A stretch of 64,000 nucleotides of DNA from an uncultured Chthonomonadaceae bacterium. GTDB lineage: Bacteria > Armatimonadota > Chthonomonadetes > Chthonomonadales > Chthonomonadaceae. The notes under the pieces were generated by a model. That model saw nothing but the letters and a program-made list of their open reading frames with translations, was not told the DNA's origin and did not search any database. The stretch spans positions 256,001 through 320,000 of the forward strand of contig CAWFQB010000004.1 of assembly GCA_963817895.1 (NCBI GenBank). The letters are read 5' to 3'. The position numbers were made by a program, and so were the translations under genes. Shown here piece after piece: positions 9,862 through 20,551 of the stretch. Positions within the stretch are counted from its first letter, which is position 1; every line of letters starts with the position of its first letter.

Positions 9862-11169
9862 GCCGACATCCCTCATCCCTCATCCCTTGCCGAACTGGAC
9901 ACGGTTCTGCGCGTGATGTGCGCGGCGTTTGAGTTGCCGTATGAGGTGGCGCGTCCTATTTTCTATGCAGACCCGTATTTCGATGCGGCGAACAAGCGGG
10001 TGTGGCGCGTGAACGGGGAAATCGTGTCGTGCCTGACGCTGACTTCGGCGCAGTGCCGGGTTGGAAAAGCCGTGCTGTCTGTTGCGGGCATTGCGGGCGT
10101 GGCGACGCTGCCGGAACATCAGCGCAGGGGCTACGCCAGCCGGTTGATTATGGACGCCCTGCAAACCCTGCGAAAGCGCGGGCATGGCCTTGCCGGATTA
10201 TTCCCCTACGATTACGGCTATTATCGCCGCCTGGGATGGGAAACCGCCAGTACAGGCTGCAAGTATTCCATTGCGCCAATGTTGTTGCCCGCTTATTCCG
10301 AAACTGCGGCGGGTGACGGTGATTTGCGAAATGCGATGCTGCATCATATGGATGGAATGGCGAATGTGTACCGGCAGTGCGCGGACGGGCAGGCGCTATG
10401 GGCCGAACGGGACCGGAAACGCTGGCAGTACGTGATGGACAGAGTGGCGCATAAATACGTGGCTGTCAATTCCAATGAAACCGTCGAGGGGTATCTGCTG
10501 TATGATATACAGTCGGGCATTGTGCAAATCGGCGCGGCGCAACGGGAACAGCCGCCCGTTCTGCGTATACTGGAACTGTGCGCGGTCACAGGACAGGCAA
10601 AGCGCGGACTGATCGCGCATCTTTCCGCGCAACGACAGGTTGGCAGAATCGAGTACGTCACCACAGCGCGGCATCTGGAATTTACAGGCTTATTGCCCGG
10701 TCTGTGTCCCGTCCAAACGGAAGAACCCTTCGCGCGCATTGAACTTGCGCCTGACCTGATGCTTCGCATAGTGGATTTTCCGCGCCTGCTGCAAGTTTTG
10801 CGCGTGAATTGGGAGGACTTTGCGGGTGAAATCGTATTAAAACTGCGTGATGAGGTTTGTGAGCAATTTTCGGCAAGCGTCCGTGTTATCGGCAACGGTT
10901 CGGGTCTGCCGCAAGTTCTGGCAGTATCGGAATGGCCGACTGCGCATGACCAGAACGGGCGTAATTCGACGGGGATGGACTTGCCCCCGGAGTTAAACCG
11001 CGTAGAGGGGGATGTGCGCGCCTGGTCGCAGGTCGTTGTCGGACATTGTAGCGGCGAGGATGCCTGCGCGTATGGACGGCTGCATGCCTCCACGCCTGCC
11101 GCCGCGCATCTGATGGGACTGCTATTCCCCACCCGCGCGCCGTTTCTGCCCGCCCCGGACCATTTTTAG
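9748..11169 (+). CDS. Eis-like GNAT acetyltransferase; true start probably later
   Basis: GIAGVATLPEHQRRGYA, YYRRLGWE, C-terminal PDHF. Confidence 0.85.
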   Translation: MKDEDCLFPHVVNDAEHDPADVGDADDFSSFILHPSSFADIPHPSSLAELDTVLRVMCAAFELPYEVARPIFYADPYFDAANKRVWRVNGEIVSCLTLTSAQCRVGKAVLSVAGIAGVATLPEHQRRGYASRLIMDALQTLRKRGHGLAGLFPYDYGYYRRLGWETASTGCKYSIAPMLLPAYSETAAGDGDLRNAMLHHMDGMANVYRQCADGQALWAERDRKRWQYVMDRVAHKYVAVNSNETVEGYLLYDIQSGIVQIGAAQREQPPVLRILELCAVTGQAKRGLIAHLSAQRQVGRIEYVTTARHLEFTGLLPGLCPVQTEEPFARIELAPDLMLRIVDFPRLLQVLRVNWEDFAGEIVLKLRDEVCEQFSASVRVIGNGSGLPQVLAVSEWPTAHDQNGRNSTGMDLPPELNRVEGDVRAWSQVVVGHCSGEDACAYGRLHASTPAAAHLMGLLFPTRAPFLPAPDHF

Positions 11170-11251
11170 CGTTTGCCCGCCTGTCGGATAACCCGAAAGC
11201 GTTGCCCGCGTCTGTATTAGATGAAGTCGTTTTGGAAAGGAAACTTGAAAT

Positions 11252-13137
11252 ATGATTCGTGCCGCCTGTCTTCGCGCTTACGCGCTGCTTCTCCTGGCCG
11301 CTGCGAGCAGCGGGGGAACACGCGCGCAAGCGGAACAGCCGGAACCTGCTCACCAGAATAAGCAGGCCGATATGCAAATCGCTTCCGCGCCGCGTTCGCC
11401 ACAGACTGCTTCCGCGCCCGTTCCACAGTCGCCTGCCCCTCCCGTTGCTCCACAGGGAGGCGGTACCGGCGGGGCGCAATTGCCCAATGCCAACGCGCCC
11501 CTGCCAAACGCAGCCACTCTACAAACGCCCGCGCAACTGCAATACAACATTCCGCGTAACCCGCTTACCGGCGGTTTGGTTGACCTGAGTTTGAACAAGC
11601 CGCTTTCGCTGGATCGCGCTATTCGCATCGGCCTGCTGCGGCAAAACTCAATCGCCATTGCGCAAACGCAGATTGACGTGGCGCGTAACCGGCTGGTGCA
11701 GGCGCGTTCCAGTTACTTCCCGCAGGTGACGCCAACTTTTCAGTATCAATCTAACCTTTCCCCCGGCCAGCGAACCATTTTTACCACTCCCATTACGACG
11801 GGCGGCACAACGGGAACCACGACCGGCGGAATTACGCAGTCCGTCACAGGCCGACAAACCACCGGTGGCACCGGCACGGGAAGCGGCAGCAATCCGGGAA
11901 CCGGAAGCAGTACGGGCAGCGGCACGGGGACAGGAACGGGAACGGGGACAGGAACCGGGACAGGAAGTACGGGTACAGGAACCGGTACGGGAACAGGAAC
12001 CGGCACTGGCACAGGAGGGACAGGGACGGGAACCGGGCAAACCACTGTCTTCGGCTCCTTTGCTTCCGATTCGCGCACCGAACTGCTGACAGCCTCGCAA
12101 ACTCTTTACGACTCGGGCAAGCGCGAGGCCAATGTCGGGGCGGCGCGGCGCAATGTGTTTGCGGCTGAATTCGGCGTCGGCAATGACGCGTCAAGCCGTC
12201 GTGCTGAACGTCACGGAAAGCTACTATAATCTGCTTCGGTTTCGGGAACTGGTGCGCGTTCAGGAAGAGAGCGTTCGGCGCGCGCAGACGACATTGGAAG
12301 CGATTCAGGCGCAGGTACAGGCGGGAACAGCGGCGCAAAGCGACACATTGCAAGCGCAGTCCGACCTCGCCAACGCCCGCATCAATCAGCTTTCGGCGCA
12401 AAACGATGTGCGCAATGGGGAAGCAACCCTGAAAAACGCGATGGGCGTGATTACTTCGCAGCCTCTGGTACTGGCGGATGAGATCATACCGACGCCTGAC
12501 CCTACTCCCGACCCGACGACCGATAGACGCTTATACGCAGCTTGCGTTTGCCAACCGCTTTGATTTGCGGCAGCAGCAGGAGAACATCTACGCGCAGGGC
12601 TACAATGTCCGCATCGCCCGCATCAACAACGGCGTACAGGTGAATGCCAGCGTGAATGAGGGCTACCAACTGAACCCAGATCAGGGGGAAGTGCGTTCGT
12701 TTGTGGTCGCGCTCTCGTATCCTCTGTTCGACGCCGGGAATACGCGGGCGGCAGTGCGGGAAACGCAGGCGCAGTTGGAATCGCAGCGCCGCAGCCTCGA
12801 CCAGTTACAGCAGAACGTGCGCCTTGATCTGGAACAGGCGCTGAATACGCGCGAGTTGGCGCGTTTGCGGGTGGGCGCGGCAGATCTGGCGGTGCAGGCG
12901 GGGCAGGTGAACTACAACGCCGCGCTGGAAAAACAGCGCAACGGACTGGTCAACATTCTGGACGTTATCAACGCCGAAGTGCAGCTTGTCAATGCGCAGG
13001 TTTCGCAGGTGCAGGCGATTTATGACTTTTATGTCGCCGACGCCCGCCTGCGTCGCGATACTGGACAGAACGACCCGGACTTCATTCCCAACGTCCCCGG
13101 CAGCAAAGCTCCCCGCCGCGAATTTACCCGGAAGTAG
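11252..13137 (+). CDS. TolC family outer membrane protein with a Gly/Thr-rich insert, two frameshifts
   Basis: [24 protein letters not shown] across ORFs 11252/12132/12478. Confidence 0.8.
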
Positions 13138-13143
13138 CAACAA

Positions 13144-13269
13144 TAGCCCTCAACCCCCGGCCCCTTCTCCCAAAAAAGCCTGGGAGAAGGGGAGTTATAA
13201 ATAGCCCCTCTCCTGGCGAGGAACGAGCGGTCAGGAGAGGGTGTCCACAAGTGGACGCCCGGGGTGAGG
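13144..13269. repeat. REP-like palindromic element (ccccttctccc...gggagaagggg / cccctctcc...ggagaggg)
   Basis: Related copies at 33961-34008, 37155-37220, 45488-45532, 47581-47625, 51021-51085, 52471-52515. Confidence 0.8.
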
Positions 13270-13349
13270 TGATTGTGAAAGACGGTTCTAACTGGCCGGA
13301 GGAACCCCGGCGTTTAGCATAAGCGCGACGCGCAAAGGAGATTCAGCAG

Positions 13350-14156
13350 ATGCAGCGAACAACGCGGAAACACATTCAGACAGCGCATGTTACTGGCAGT
13401 TGTGGCGGCGATAGGGGCCGCATGGCGCACAGGCGCAGCCCCCGCCTCCCCCTGCGGGCGGACAGGGCGCTCCCGGCGGTATGCGTCCCGGTGGCCCCGG
13501 TGGCCCCGGCGGTCGCGGCATGGGACGGGGCTGGCCCTTTCGCGCAAATGGGGGGAAGAGCATAAAAACGTAATGGCGGTCAGCCGCAAACTGCGCCGTA
13601 TCGGGGAGATGAACAAAACCCCGGATATGAAGCTGAACAAACAGCAGTCCGCAAAATTGCTGGCAATCATCAATACCTGGAAAAGCAAGCCCTCCATGTC
13701 TGAAGATCAGGCCAAAAGCGTGGATGGCCAGATCACGGCGTTGTTGAATGACAAGCAGCGCAAGGAACTGGAGGCTCGCAGGCCGGGTGGCTTCGGCGGC
13801 GGGGGCGGCGGTATGCGTCCGGGCGGTGGCGGAATGCAGGGTGGCGGGCAAGGGTGTTGCCGGTGGTCCAGGCGGTATGCGTCCGGGTGGTCCGGGCGGC
13901 GCGGGAGCAAAGGGCGGACCGGGAGCGCCTGGTGGTCCCGGTGGCCCCGGCGGTATGCGTCCGGGCGGGCCGGGTGGGTCTCGGCGGCGGTGGTATGCGC
14001 CCCGGTGGTGGTCCCGGCGGTCCCGGCGGTGCGGGCTTCACCCTGCCGAAAACGATCAACCCCCTGAACCCGGCAACCATGCCTGCCATGATGCAGGAGC
14101 GAGCCAAAAAAAGCATGGAGGAGTTTACCGCTGATCTGCAAAAACAGGCGAAGTAG
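13350..14156 (+). CDS. Secreted Gly/Pro-rich protein (GGPGGMRPGG repeats), frameshifted
   Basis: SD aaaggag; helical core QSAKLLAII...KQRKELEA; repeats switch frames. Confidence 0.6.
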
Positions 14157-14281
14157 GTGATTGGTGGTTGATGGTTAGTGTCTGGTTATACTAACGGCGT
14201 GTGAAAAGTTCATGTTGTAGGGGCTTAATTCATTAAGCCCGCTTGTCACAGTCACCAACCACCAACCACCGGAGTTTCAAC

Positions 14282-15046
14282 ATGCCGGACACCATTATCG
14301 AAGTTGTCAACGCTTCCAAAGTCTACAAGATGGGCAAAATGGAGGTGCGGGCGTTGCGGGGCGTGTCCGTTTCCATTGCGCGCGGCGAGTTTGTGGCGAT
14401 CATGGGGCCGTCCGGGTCGGGCAAATCCACGTTTATGAATATGATCGGCTGTCTGGACAAGCCCACGCAAGGCTCGTACAAACTGGACGGCATCGAAGTC
14501 GCCGAACTCAACGACAATCAGCTTGCCGAAATCCGTAACCGCAAAATCGGGTTTGTTTTCCAGACGTTCAACCTGTTGCCGCGCACGACCGCGCTGCGAA
14601 ACGTGGAACTGCCCATGCTGTACAGCAACGCCCGCAACCGTGTACAGGTGGCAAAGCAGGCATTGGCAATCGTCGGACTGGAAGACCGGATGGATCACAA
14701 GCCCAACGAACTCTCCGGCGGACAGCAGCAGCGCGTTGCCATTGCCCGCGCCCTTGTCAACGATCCGCCCATCATTTTCGGGGACGAACCAACCGGAAAT
14801 CTGGACACGCGCACCAGTGAAGAGATCATGGCGATTTTCCAGCGGCTGCATGGCGAAGGTAAAACCGTCGTTATCGTCACTCACGAGCAGGACATTGCCG
14901 AACACGCCGAGCGCATCATCCGCTTCAAGGACGGCAAAGTAATCGCGGATGAGCGCGTCACAACGCGCTACAACGCCGCCGAGGAGATCATAAAACTGGA
15001 CGCGCAGCGGGAGGAGCAGGAAGAGGTGTCAGGTGTCAGGTTTTAG
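14282..15046 (+). CDS. ABC transporter ATP-binding protein (MacB/LolD-like)
   Basis: [31 protein letters not shown]. Confidence 0.95.
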   Translation: MPDTIIEVVNASKVYKMGKMEVRALRGVSVSIARGEFVAIMGPSGSGKSTFMNMIGCLDKPTQGSYKLDGIEVAELNDNQLAEIRNRKIGFVFQTFNLLPRTTALRNVELPMLYSNARNRVQVAKQALAIVGLEDRMDHKPNELSGGQQQRVAIARALVNDPPIIFGDEPTGNLDTRTSEEIMAIFQRLHGEGKTVVIVTHEQDIAEHAERIIRFKDGKVIADERVTTRYNAAEEIIKLDAQREEQEEVSGVRF

Positions 15047-15145
15047 GTGTCAGGGCCAGACCTTCTACTCGTTTCTTACTCTTCAAAATACACGCTGAAG
15101 CAACGATGCATTACCCTGACACCTGACACCTAAAACCTGACACCT
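15024..15145. repeat. Inverted tandem repeat pair (aggtgtc / gacacct)
   Basis: Arms 15024-15055 and 15114-15145. Confidence 0.85.
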
Positions 15146-15147
15146 TT

Positions 15148-15390
15148 TTAAATGCTTTCCGCCGTATTGACATCGAAGTGGTCGGTATGTTCTTTGGGGT
15201 CGAAAGTGGCGCAGTGGGCCATGCCGTTGACAAGCGCGACTTCGATGGAACCGGCGTAACAGCGACGCATTTTGTTAAAGCGGCAGACGGTGACGCCGCA
15301 CTCGCCCACATAAGAATCCGATTCCTGTTCCGTCTGATCGGTCTGTAGCGGTTCGTCGCCCGGTATGGCGGTTAAATCTGTATTTGACAT
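15148..15390 (-). CDS. Small Cys protein, DUF1540-like
   Basis: C-x3-C-x-FN-x4-C-x-A-x-SIEV...CATF. Confidence 0.7.
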   Translation of the reverse strand: MSNTDLTAIPGDEPLQTDQTEQESDSYVGECGVTVCRFNKMRRCYAGSIEVALVNGMAHCATFDPKEHTDHFDVNTAESI

Positions 15391-15514
15391 GCGAGTGGCC
15401 TCCGAAATGAATGGTTCTGTTCAGACAAAACACGCCGGAGGATTGTTCCGAGACATTGCGCCGAAGGGCAGGCAATAAAGAGTGTGGTGATAGAAGCGTA
15501 AAGAGAGGCAGGGG

Positions 15515-15727
15515 ATGCAGATGAATTGGGCAATGCGGTTGGGAAATCTTGCTCTGCGCCTGTCGGTAACGGCAGGATGCGCCGCGCTGCTGGTTGCCCT
15601 GCCCGACCCTGCGCCGGACGAAACCCTGCGCCTCAAAAACGCGATTGTGGTGCTTGTTGCTATCGTGGTGGCCGGCAAGCAGTTGTGCGATACGCTGTTT
15701 TATGACCGCTATTACGGCAGACTATAA
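15515..15727 (+). CDS. Small two-TM membrane protein
   Basis: Two hydrophobic segments, C-terminal DTLFYDRY. Confidence 0.55.
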   Translation: MQMNWAMRLGNLALRLSVTAGCAALLVALPDPAPDETLRLKNAIVVLVAIVVAGKQLCDTLFYDRYYGRL

Positions 15728-15731
15728 AGCG

Positions 15732-16214
15732 TCAGGCAAGCGCGGCAAGCAGTTTTGGCGGCAGAAGCCATTGCAGAACGCCCCGTCCCGGTTCCGCGCG
15801 ATCCGCTTCCACATACGCGAGGCAGGCCGTTTTCATTTCGCACACGCCCCCGGTAAGCCGCTCGACAACCTCGCTCAAATCCGGCTCGTGGCCCACAAAC
15901 AGCAGGGAAGCGTTTGCCCCATGTCCCGCCGTCAGGGTTTGCAGGTCGCCCATACCGAAATGCCCCGACGCCAGTTCCTCTGTTGCTTTCAAACGCGCCG
16001 ACAATCCCAATCCTTCCGCGACAATGGCAGCCGTTTCCGCCGCGCGAGGGTAGGGGCTTGTATAAATAGCGGTGAACGATACATTGAGGGCTTGAAGTTT
16101 CGCGGCAAGCGCGGCTGCATCCTCCACGCCTCGCTGCGTCAGACGCCGTTCTCGGTCGGATTTACTGACGGTATACTCTTCTGCCTTGCCGTGCCGCAGG
16201 AAATAAAGATGCAT
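15732..16214 (-). CDS. sixA: Phosphohistidine phosphatase SixA family
   Basis: LYFLRHGKA, TSPYPRA, VGHEP. Confidence 0.88.
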   Translation of the reverse strand: MHLYFLRHGKAEEYTVSKSDRERRLTQRGVEDAAALAAKLQALNVSFTAIYTSPYPRAAETAAIVAEGLGLSARLKATEELASGHFGMGDLQTLTAGHGANASLLFVGHEPDLSEVVERLTGGVCEMKTACLAYVEADRAEPGRGVLQWLLPPKLLAALA

Positions 16215-16486
16215 AACTCTGCCCTTCATAAATTTAGCCGCAAATAAACGCGAATGGACGCAAATTTGAAACCCGCATTCCAATTACATTAAAAGTTCGT
16301 ATGCGGTGGAGGGGCAAACCCCTGTGTTTGCCCCTCCTGTGTTTGCCCGAACCCCCATAAGCACAAAGAGCGATGCATCGGCGCATCGCTCTTTGAAGTA
16401 ACGGTTCAGACATAAACACATGGGAACAAGCAATACAGCCTCTTGTTCGTCACGCTTGCGGATTGTTATTGTTGAAGGAAACGGCT

Positions 16487-16807
16487 CTACTCTTCGATAA
16501 GCGGGTTCGGGATCGCGTTGAGATTTTCGAGGGCATGATGAAAATCGCGCATTTCGTCGAGGGTAATGCCCCCCAACTGGGCAAAGCGGGACTTTTCGCC
16601 TTCCACCACGTCACTGGTGTTTTCCCGCAACATACCGTCTTCCCACTCCTCCTGCTTGACAAAGTGTTCGCCCAATTTCTTACAGCGTGAGCAGCGATAC
16701 TTGACATAAACGTAACTCGGGCCGGCCTGCCGGACATACATCCCCTGCTGCATCACATCGCGACGCAATATGCGCTGACCACAATGGCACTTAAGGCTGG
16801 TCTTCAT
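16487..16807 (-). CDS. Small putative zinc-ribbon protein
   Basis: CHC...CSRC; SD ggaggtga upstream. Confidence 0.7.
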   Translation of the reverse strand: MKTSLKCHCGQRILRRDVMQQGMYVRQAGPSYVYVKYRCSRCKKLGEHFVKQEEWEDGMLRENTSDVVEGEKSRFAQLGGITLDEMRDFHHALENLNAIPNPLIEE

Positions 16808-17064
16808 GCCGTCTCACCTCCGTACCGCTGCACGTAACTCCGGTACTCGAAAGCTCGTGCTGCGCGGTCGCGCCACGCAACGTTATGGGCGTATTTTAAC
16901 TTCAAGCGGGCAGCGCTATGGTACTGTCCACTGCTTTATTATACCATAAGTAGGGGGTAGGGAGTAGAGAGTGGGCCGGTAGAAAACTTTACATGCCATA
17001 ATTTTACGTAAAGTATGTCTAAAGTTGCACAACCATCTACTGCCTACTCTTTACTCCCTACTCC

Positions 17065-18186
17065 CTACGCAAAATCGCTTGGCCTCATGCCACGCGGGAC
17101 GAAATGGCCCTGAAAGCGGGTGACGGCGTACCGGTCTGTCATGCCGGCGATAAAATCGCAAACGTACACGGCGCGTTCGGGCAGGGGCAGAGCGCACAGG
17201 GATTTGTTGCCGTTCATCAATTCCGGCTGTTCCATGTACAGGCGGAACAGGAAGCGAATGACGTGCTGCGACTTGCGCAAATCCTGATTGCCCGTTGCCG
17301 CGTTCCAGTACACCCGCTCGAACATGAACTCTTTCAGGCGGTCGGTCGCGTCTCCGATGGGCGGCGACATTTCCACGACGGGACGTTCCGCGCTGTAGTT
17401 CACAATATCAATCACCATGTTGGAAATGCGTTCCGAGTGGGAGTGTCCCAACGTTTCCAGTTCCTCGCGAGGCAAGTCCTGCGGCTTGATGACCCCGGCG
17501 CGGAGGGCATCGTCAATGTCATGGTTGATGTAGGCCACCCGGTCGGCAATACGCACGGCCTTGCCTTCCAGCGTTTGCGCCCGCTCCGCCGAAGTGTCCG
17601 CAAGGTCTTTGCGCCCCTTGCTATGGTGAGCAATGCCGTCGCGCACTTCCCACGTCAAGTTTAATCCGCGCTGAACGTGATGGGAAGCGGCGTCTGCATC
17701 CTGTGCAAACGTTTCCCCCGTGCCGTATTCCAGCAGTTCCACGACGCGCAGGCTCTGCTCGTAGTGGCGAAAGCCGGCTTCCGGCACGAACTCGCGCAGG
17801 GCGGCGTCGAGCGCTTCCTCCCCGGCGTGTCCAAACGGGGGATGTCCCAAATCGTGCGCGAGGGCAATGGCTTCGGTCAAGTCTTCGTTCAGGCGCAGGG
17901 CGCGGGCAATGGTTCGGGCGATCTGCGACACTTCCAGCGTGTGCGTCAGGCGCGTGCGGTAATGGTCCTCTTCGGGATCAATGAAGACCTGTGTTTTATG
18001 TTTCAGGCGGCGAAAGGCTTTGGAATGTAAAATCCGGTCGCGGTCGCGCTGAAAGGCCGTGCGGACCGGGTCGGGCGATTCGGGGCGTAACCGTCCCTGC
18101 GAAAGCGCGGATTTCGCCGCCCATTCCGCCAGACTGTTTATTTCCCACTGTTCCTGTCGTTCGCGAGGCGTCTGCATCTGGTTCAT
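17065..18186 (-). CDS. dgt: Deoxyguanosinetriphosphate triphosphohydrolase (HD domain)
   Basis: FQRDRDRI, RTRLTHTLEV, HDLGHPPFGH, DFIAGMTD. Confidence 0.95.
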   Translation of the reverse strand: MNQMQTPRERQEQWEINSLAEWAAKSALSQGRLRPESPDPVRTAFQRDRDRILHSKAFRRLKHKTQVFIDPEEDHYRTRLTHTLEVSQIARTIARALRLNEDLTEAIALAHDLGHPPFGHAGEEALDAALREFVPEAGFRHYEQSLRVVELLEYGTGETFAQDADAASHHVQRGLNLTWEVRDGIAHHSKGRKDLADTSAERAQTLEGKAVRIADRVAYINHDIDDALRAGVIKPQDLPREELETLGHSHSERISNMVIDIVNYSAERPVVEMSPPIGDATDRLKEFMFERVYWNAATGNQDLRKSQHVIRFLFRLYMEQPELMNGNKSLCALPLPERAVYVCDFIAGMTDRYAVTRFQGHFVPRGMRPSDFA

Positions 18187-18214
18187 AGCGCCTCCCGTCG
18201 CGCAAAATGAAGTT

Positions 18215-18463
18215 TCATCCGGCAAGCAATTCCACCCATGTTTCCACTTCAAACAAGCGTTCCAGCAGGTGTTCCAAACGTTCCAGACTGGTAGAGCTTT
18301 GTACAATGCTCAGAACTGTCGCATCCGGCTCACCCAGGCGTTTGCGTCCCAATCTCAGCAGCAATTTACGCGCTTCCTTTATCTCACCTTCGGCGTATCC
18401 TTGCGCGACAATAGCCTGATACGTGACGGAATCTTCCAGCCAGGAGGGGAATGATTTTGACAA
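18215..18463 (-). CDS. Stand-alone C-terminal module of an Rpn/DUF4351-like protein
   Basis: SD aaaggag plus TTG at 18463; LEDSVTYQ...LGRKR.GEPDA...LEVETW.ELL is paralogous to the upstream gene tail. Confidence 0.7.
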   Translation of the reverse strand: MSKSFPSWLEDSVTYQAIVAQGYAEGEIKEARKLLLRLGRKRLGEPDATVLSIVQSSTSLERLEHLLERLFEVETWVELLAG

Positions 18464-18498
18464 GGCTCTCGCTCCTTTGAGCAACTCTCCCACTTTTG

Positions 18499-19389
18499 TC
18501 AGGCAAGCAATTCCGACCACGTTTCTACTTCCAACAGGCGTCCGCCTAACTGTTCTAAACGCGCAAGTTCCGTAATCGTATCCAGCGCATTTAGGGTTGC
18601 CGCGTCGGGTTCTCCGAATCGCTTCCGGCCCAAAAGAAGAAGCCAGTTCCGCGCTTCTTCGGCCCGGCCTATGACTTCCCCTTCGGCGCGTCCTTCAACA
18701 CGTCCTTCGGCGCGTCCTTTGGCTTCGCCTTTGGCGATAATATCTTGATACGTGACGGAATCTTCCAAAGCGATCACTCCTTTCAGCAATACGGCTGCTT
18801 CATCTAGCGGGTAACGCACACCCATGAGTAGATACGTTGATGTCCACAAAAAATCTGCTTCGGAAGCCGTTGCTTCCTGCTGAATACGGCTTTCCATACT
18901 CCGAATCACGTCGGGCAGGCGGTCTGCGGCTTCATCGGTGAGCGGGGCCAGTGGCAAGGCTGCCAGCGCGCCGCTCAACAACTCGTCAAGAGACAATTCC
19001 CATACTCGGATGATGCGGTAACGGAACGAGAGCGAACCGTCTGGAGCCGTCGCGTAATCCACCCGGCTTGTCATGCGTGGGCCATCGGCTGAGGGACGCA
19101 TCAGGAAAATCACGCTTTGTACCGGCAGGCCGTATTCGTAGTACACAATAACGTTGTAGCGCAGAGTGCGATCCGGCAGGTCGGGCTTATATCGAGTCTG
19201 AAACTCCATGTGCGCAAGGTAAGGGTTAGCGCTTTTCACGCGCAATACTCTGTCAGCTTCGGTGCTGATAGTCGCAAGGTCCGTGCCGAGTAGTTCGGTT
19301 GGGCCAACGGGAAGACCAGCCAGACGTATAAACGCTTCGGGGTCAGCCTCTACAAGTTCTTTCGTTGTCACATCATACGGTTTCGACAA
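18499..19389 (-). CDS. Rpn family (PD-(D/E)xK) / DUF4351 protein
   Basis: YDVTTKEL, ADRVL, HMEFQ, LPLAPL, EGRAEG repeats. Confidence 0.85.
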   Translation of the reverse strand: MSKPYDVTTKELVEADPEAFIRLAGLPVGPTELLGTDLATISTEADRVLRVKSANPYLAHMEFQTRYKPDLPDRTLRYNVIVYYEYGLPVQSVIFLMRPSADGPRMTSRVDYATAPDGSLSFRYRIIRVWELSLDELLSGALAALPLAPLTDEAADRLPDVIRSMESRIQQEATASEADFLWTSTYLLMGVRYPLDEAAVLLKGVIALEDSVTYQDIIAKGEAKGRAEGRVEGRAEGEVIGRAEEARNWLLLLGRKRFGEPDAATLNALDTITELARLEQLGGRLLEVETWSELLA

Positions 19390-19451
19390 GGTTTCAGGTT
19401 TCCTGTTGAGTGGAATTTTCCGCAGCAGCGTGTTTGCAGCAAAACAAGGCG

Positions 19452-20189
19452 TCACAAACCAAAAGTATCGCGTAGATAGCGGCGGCTTGCCTGCATATCG
19501 GCCAGCGGGTCGGCAGACGGGTCTTGTTCCACAACGAGATACTCTAAGTTAGGCAGATGCGGCAACAGGGCAATTTGCGCCGCCAAATCTATGTCGCCCT
19601 GTCCGAGCGGAACCGACTGCGCCCCGTGAAAATCGCGCAGATGCAGAAAGTGAACGCGCTGCCCGTAATTGGCAAGAAATTCTGCCGCGTTTTGGCCTGC
19701 CCGTTCTGCCCAACCCGCATCAAAGCAGAGCGTCACCGCCTCCGGGTCAAGTTCCAAAAGCAGCAAATCCATCGCCGTTTGTTCGCCATCCACTTATGCA
19801 AACTCGAATTCGTGATTGTGGTAATGCAGGCGGATTCCGTGTTCGCGCAAACGACGGCCTTTAGCGTTGAGAAACGCCGCCGTTCGTCGGTAATCGTCTG
19901 CAGTTCGCGCGTTCCATTGCAGCGGGCCGGAACTGCAAACATGGCGGGCGGCAACTTCCTGAAGAAAATCAAGCAGGGGTTCCAGCGGTTCAAGGTTCTG
20001 CGGGGTTAGATGAGTCGCGCCATAAGCGATTCCGGCGGTTTGCAGCGTTGCGGCCTCGTGGGGCGCTTTGCCCATCATCCCCTCGACCGACTCGTACCCC
20101 GCTTCCGCCAACCCGCGCAGCAAGTCGGCAATTTGCCCATCCAGATCAGGCGTTTGAGTGAAAATCCACAACTGCGCTGCAATAACCAT
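19452..20189 (-). pseudogene. Sugar phosphate isomerase/epimerase (TIM barrel) with an in-frame TAA at 19794-19796
   Basis: YHNHEFEFA*VDG..., DAGW, LHLRD, VEQD. Confidence 0.75.
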
Positions 20190-20302
20190 TTTCCTGCCTT
20201 TAATATGTGTTCATTGTGGCAATAGCATACCACAGCAGGCCAAACTTCTTCAATGTTCGTTAGGGCGCGTTGCAAACTTAAGGCGCTCACATTGGCGCGG
20301 GT

Positions 20303-20424
20303 TGCCAGGGATTGAAAATCCCTGTCTGGAAAAAGCAAGCGTCCTGCGGACGCGCCTCTCTATGCAGATTCCCGCGTCTGAAAGACGCTTGCACTTTCCT
20401 GCCGGGTATTTTCAATCCCCGGCG
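20303..20424. repeat. REP-like palindrome cluster (cagggattgaaaatccctg type)
   Basis: Similar hairpins near 36295-36322 and 47631-47685. Confidence 0.6.
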
Positions 20425-20551
20425 CAGACAATGCCTTAAATTCGCAGCGCACACTGTTCGTTACAAGATGGAAAAGATGAAAACCTGAAAATAACTGCCC
20501 CGGCTTTGCCGTTTATTGCTTCGGGCGGGTAGTAATTGAGTAAAACTCGCC

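Noticed and set aside
11870..12040. Minus-strand (VP)n ORF and nucleotide repeat
   Set aside because: Antisense shadow of the Gly-Thr codons in TolC.
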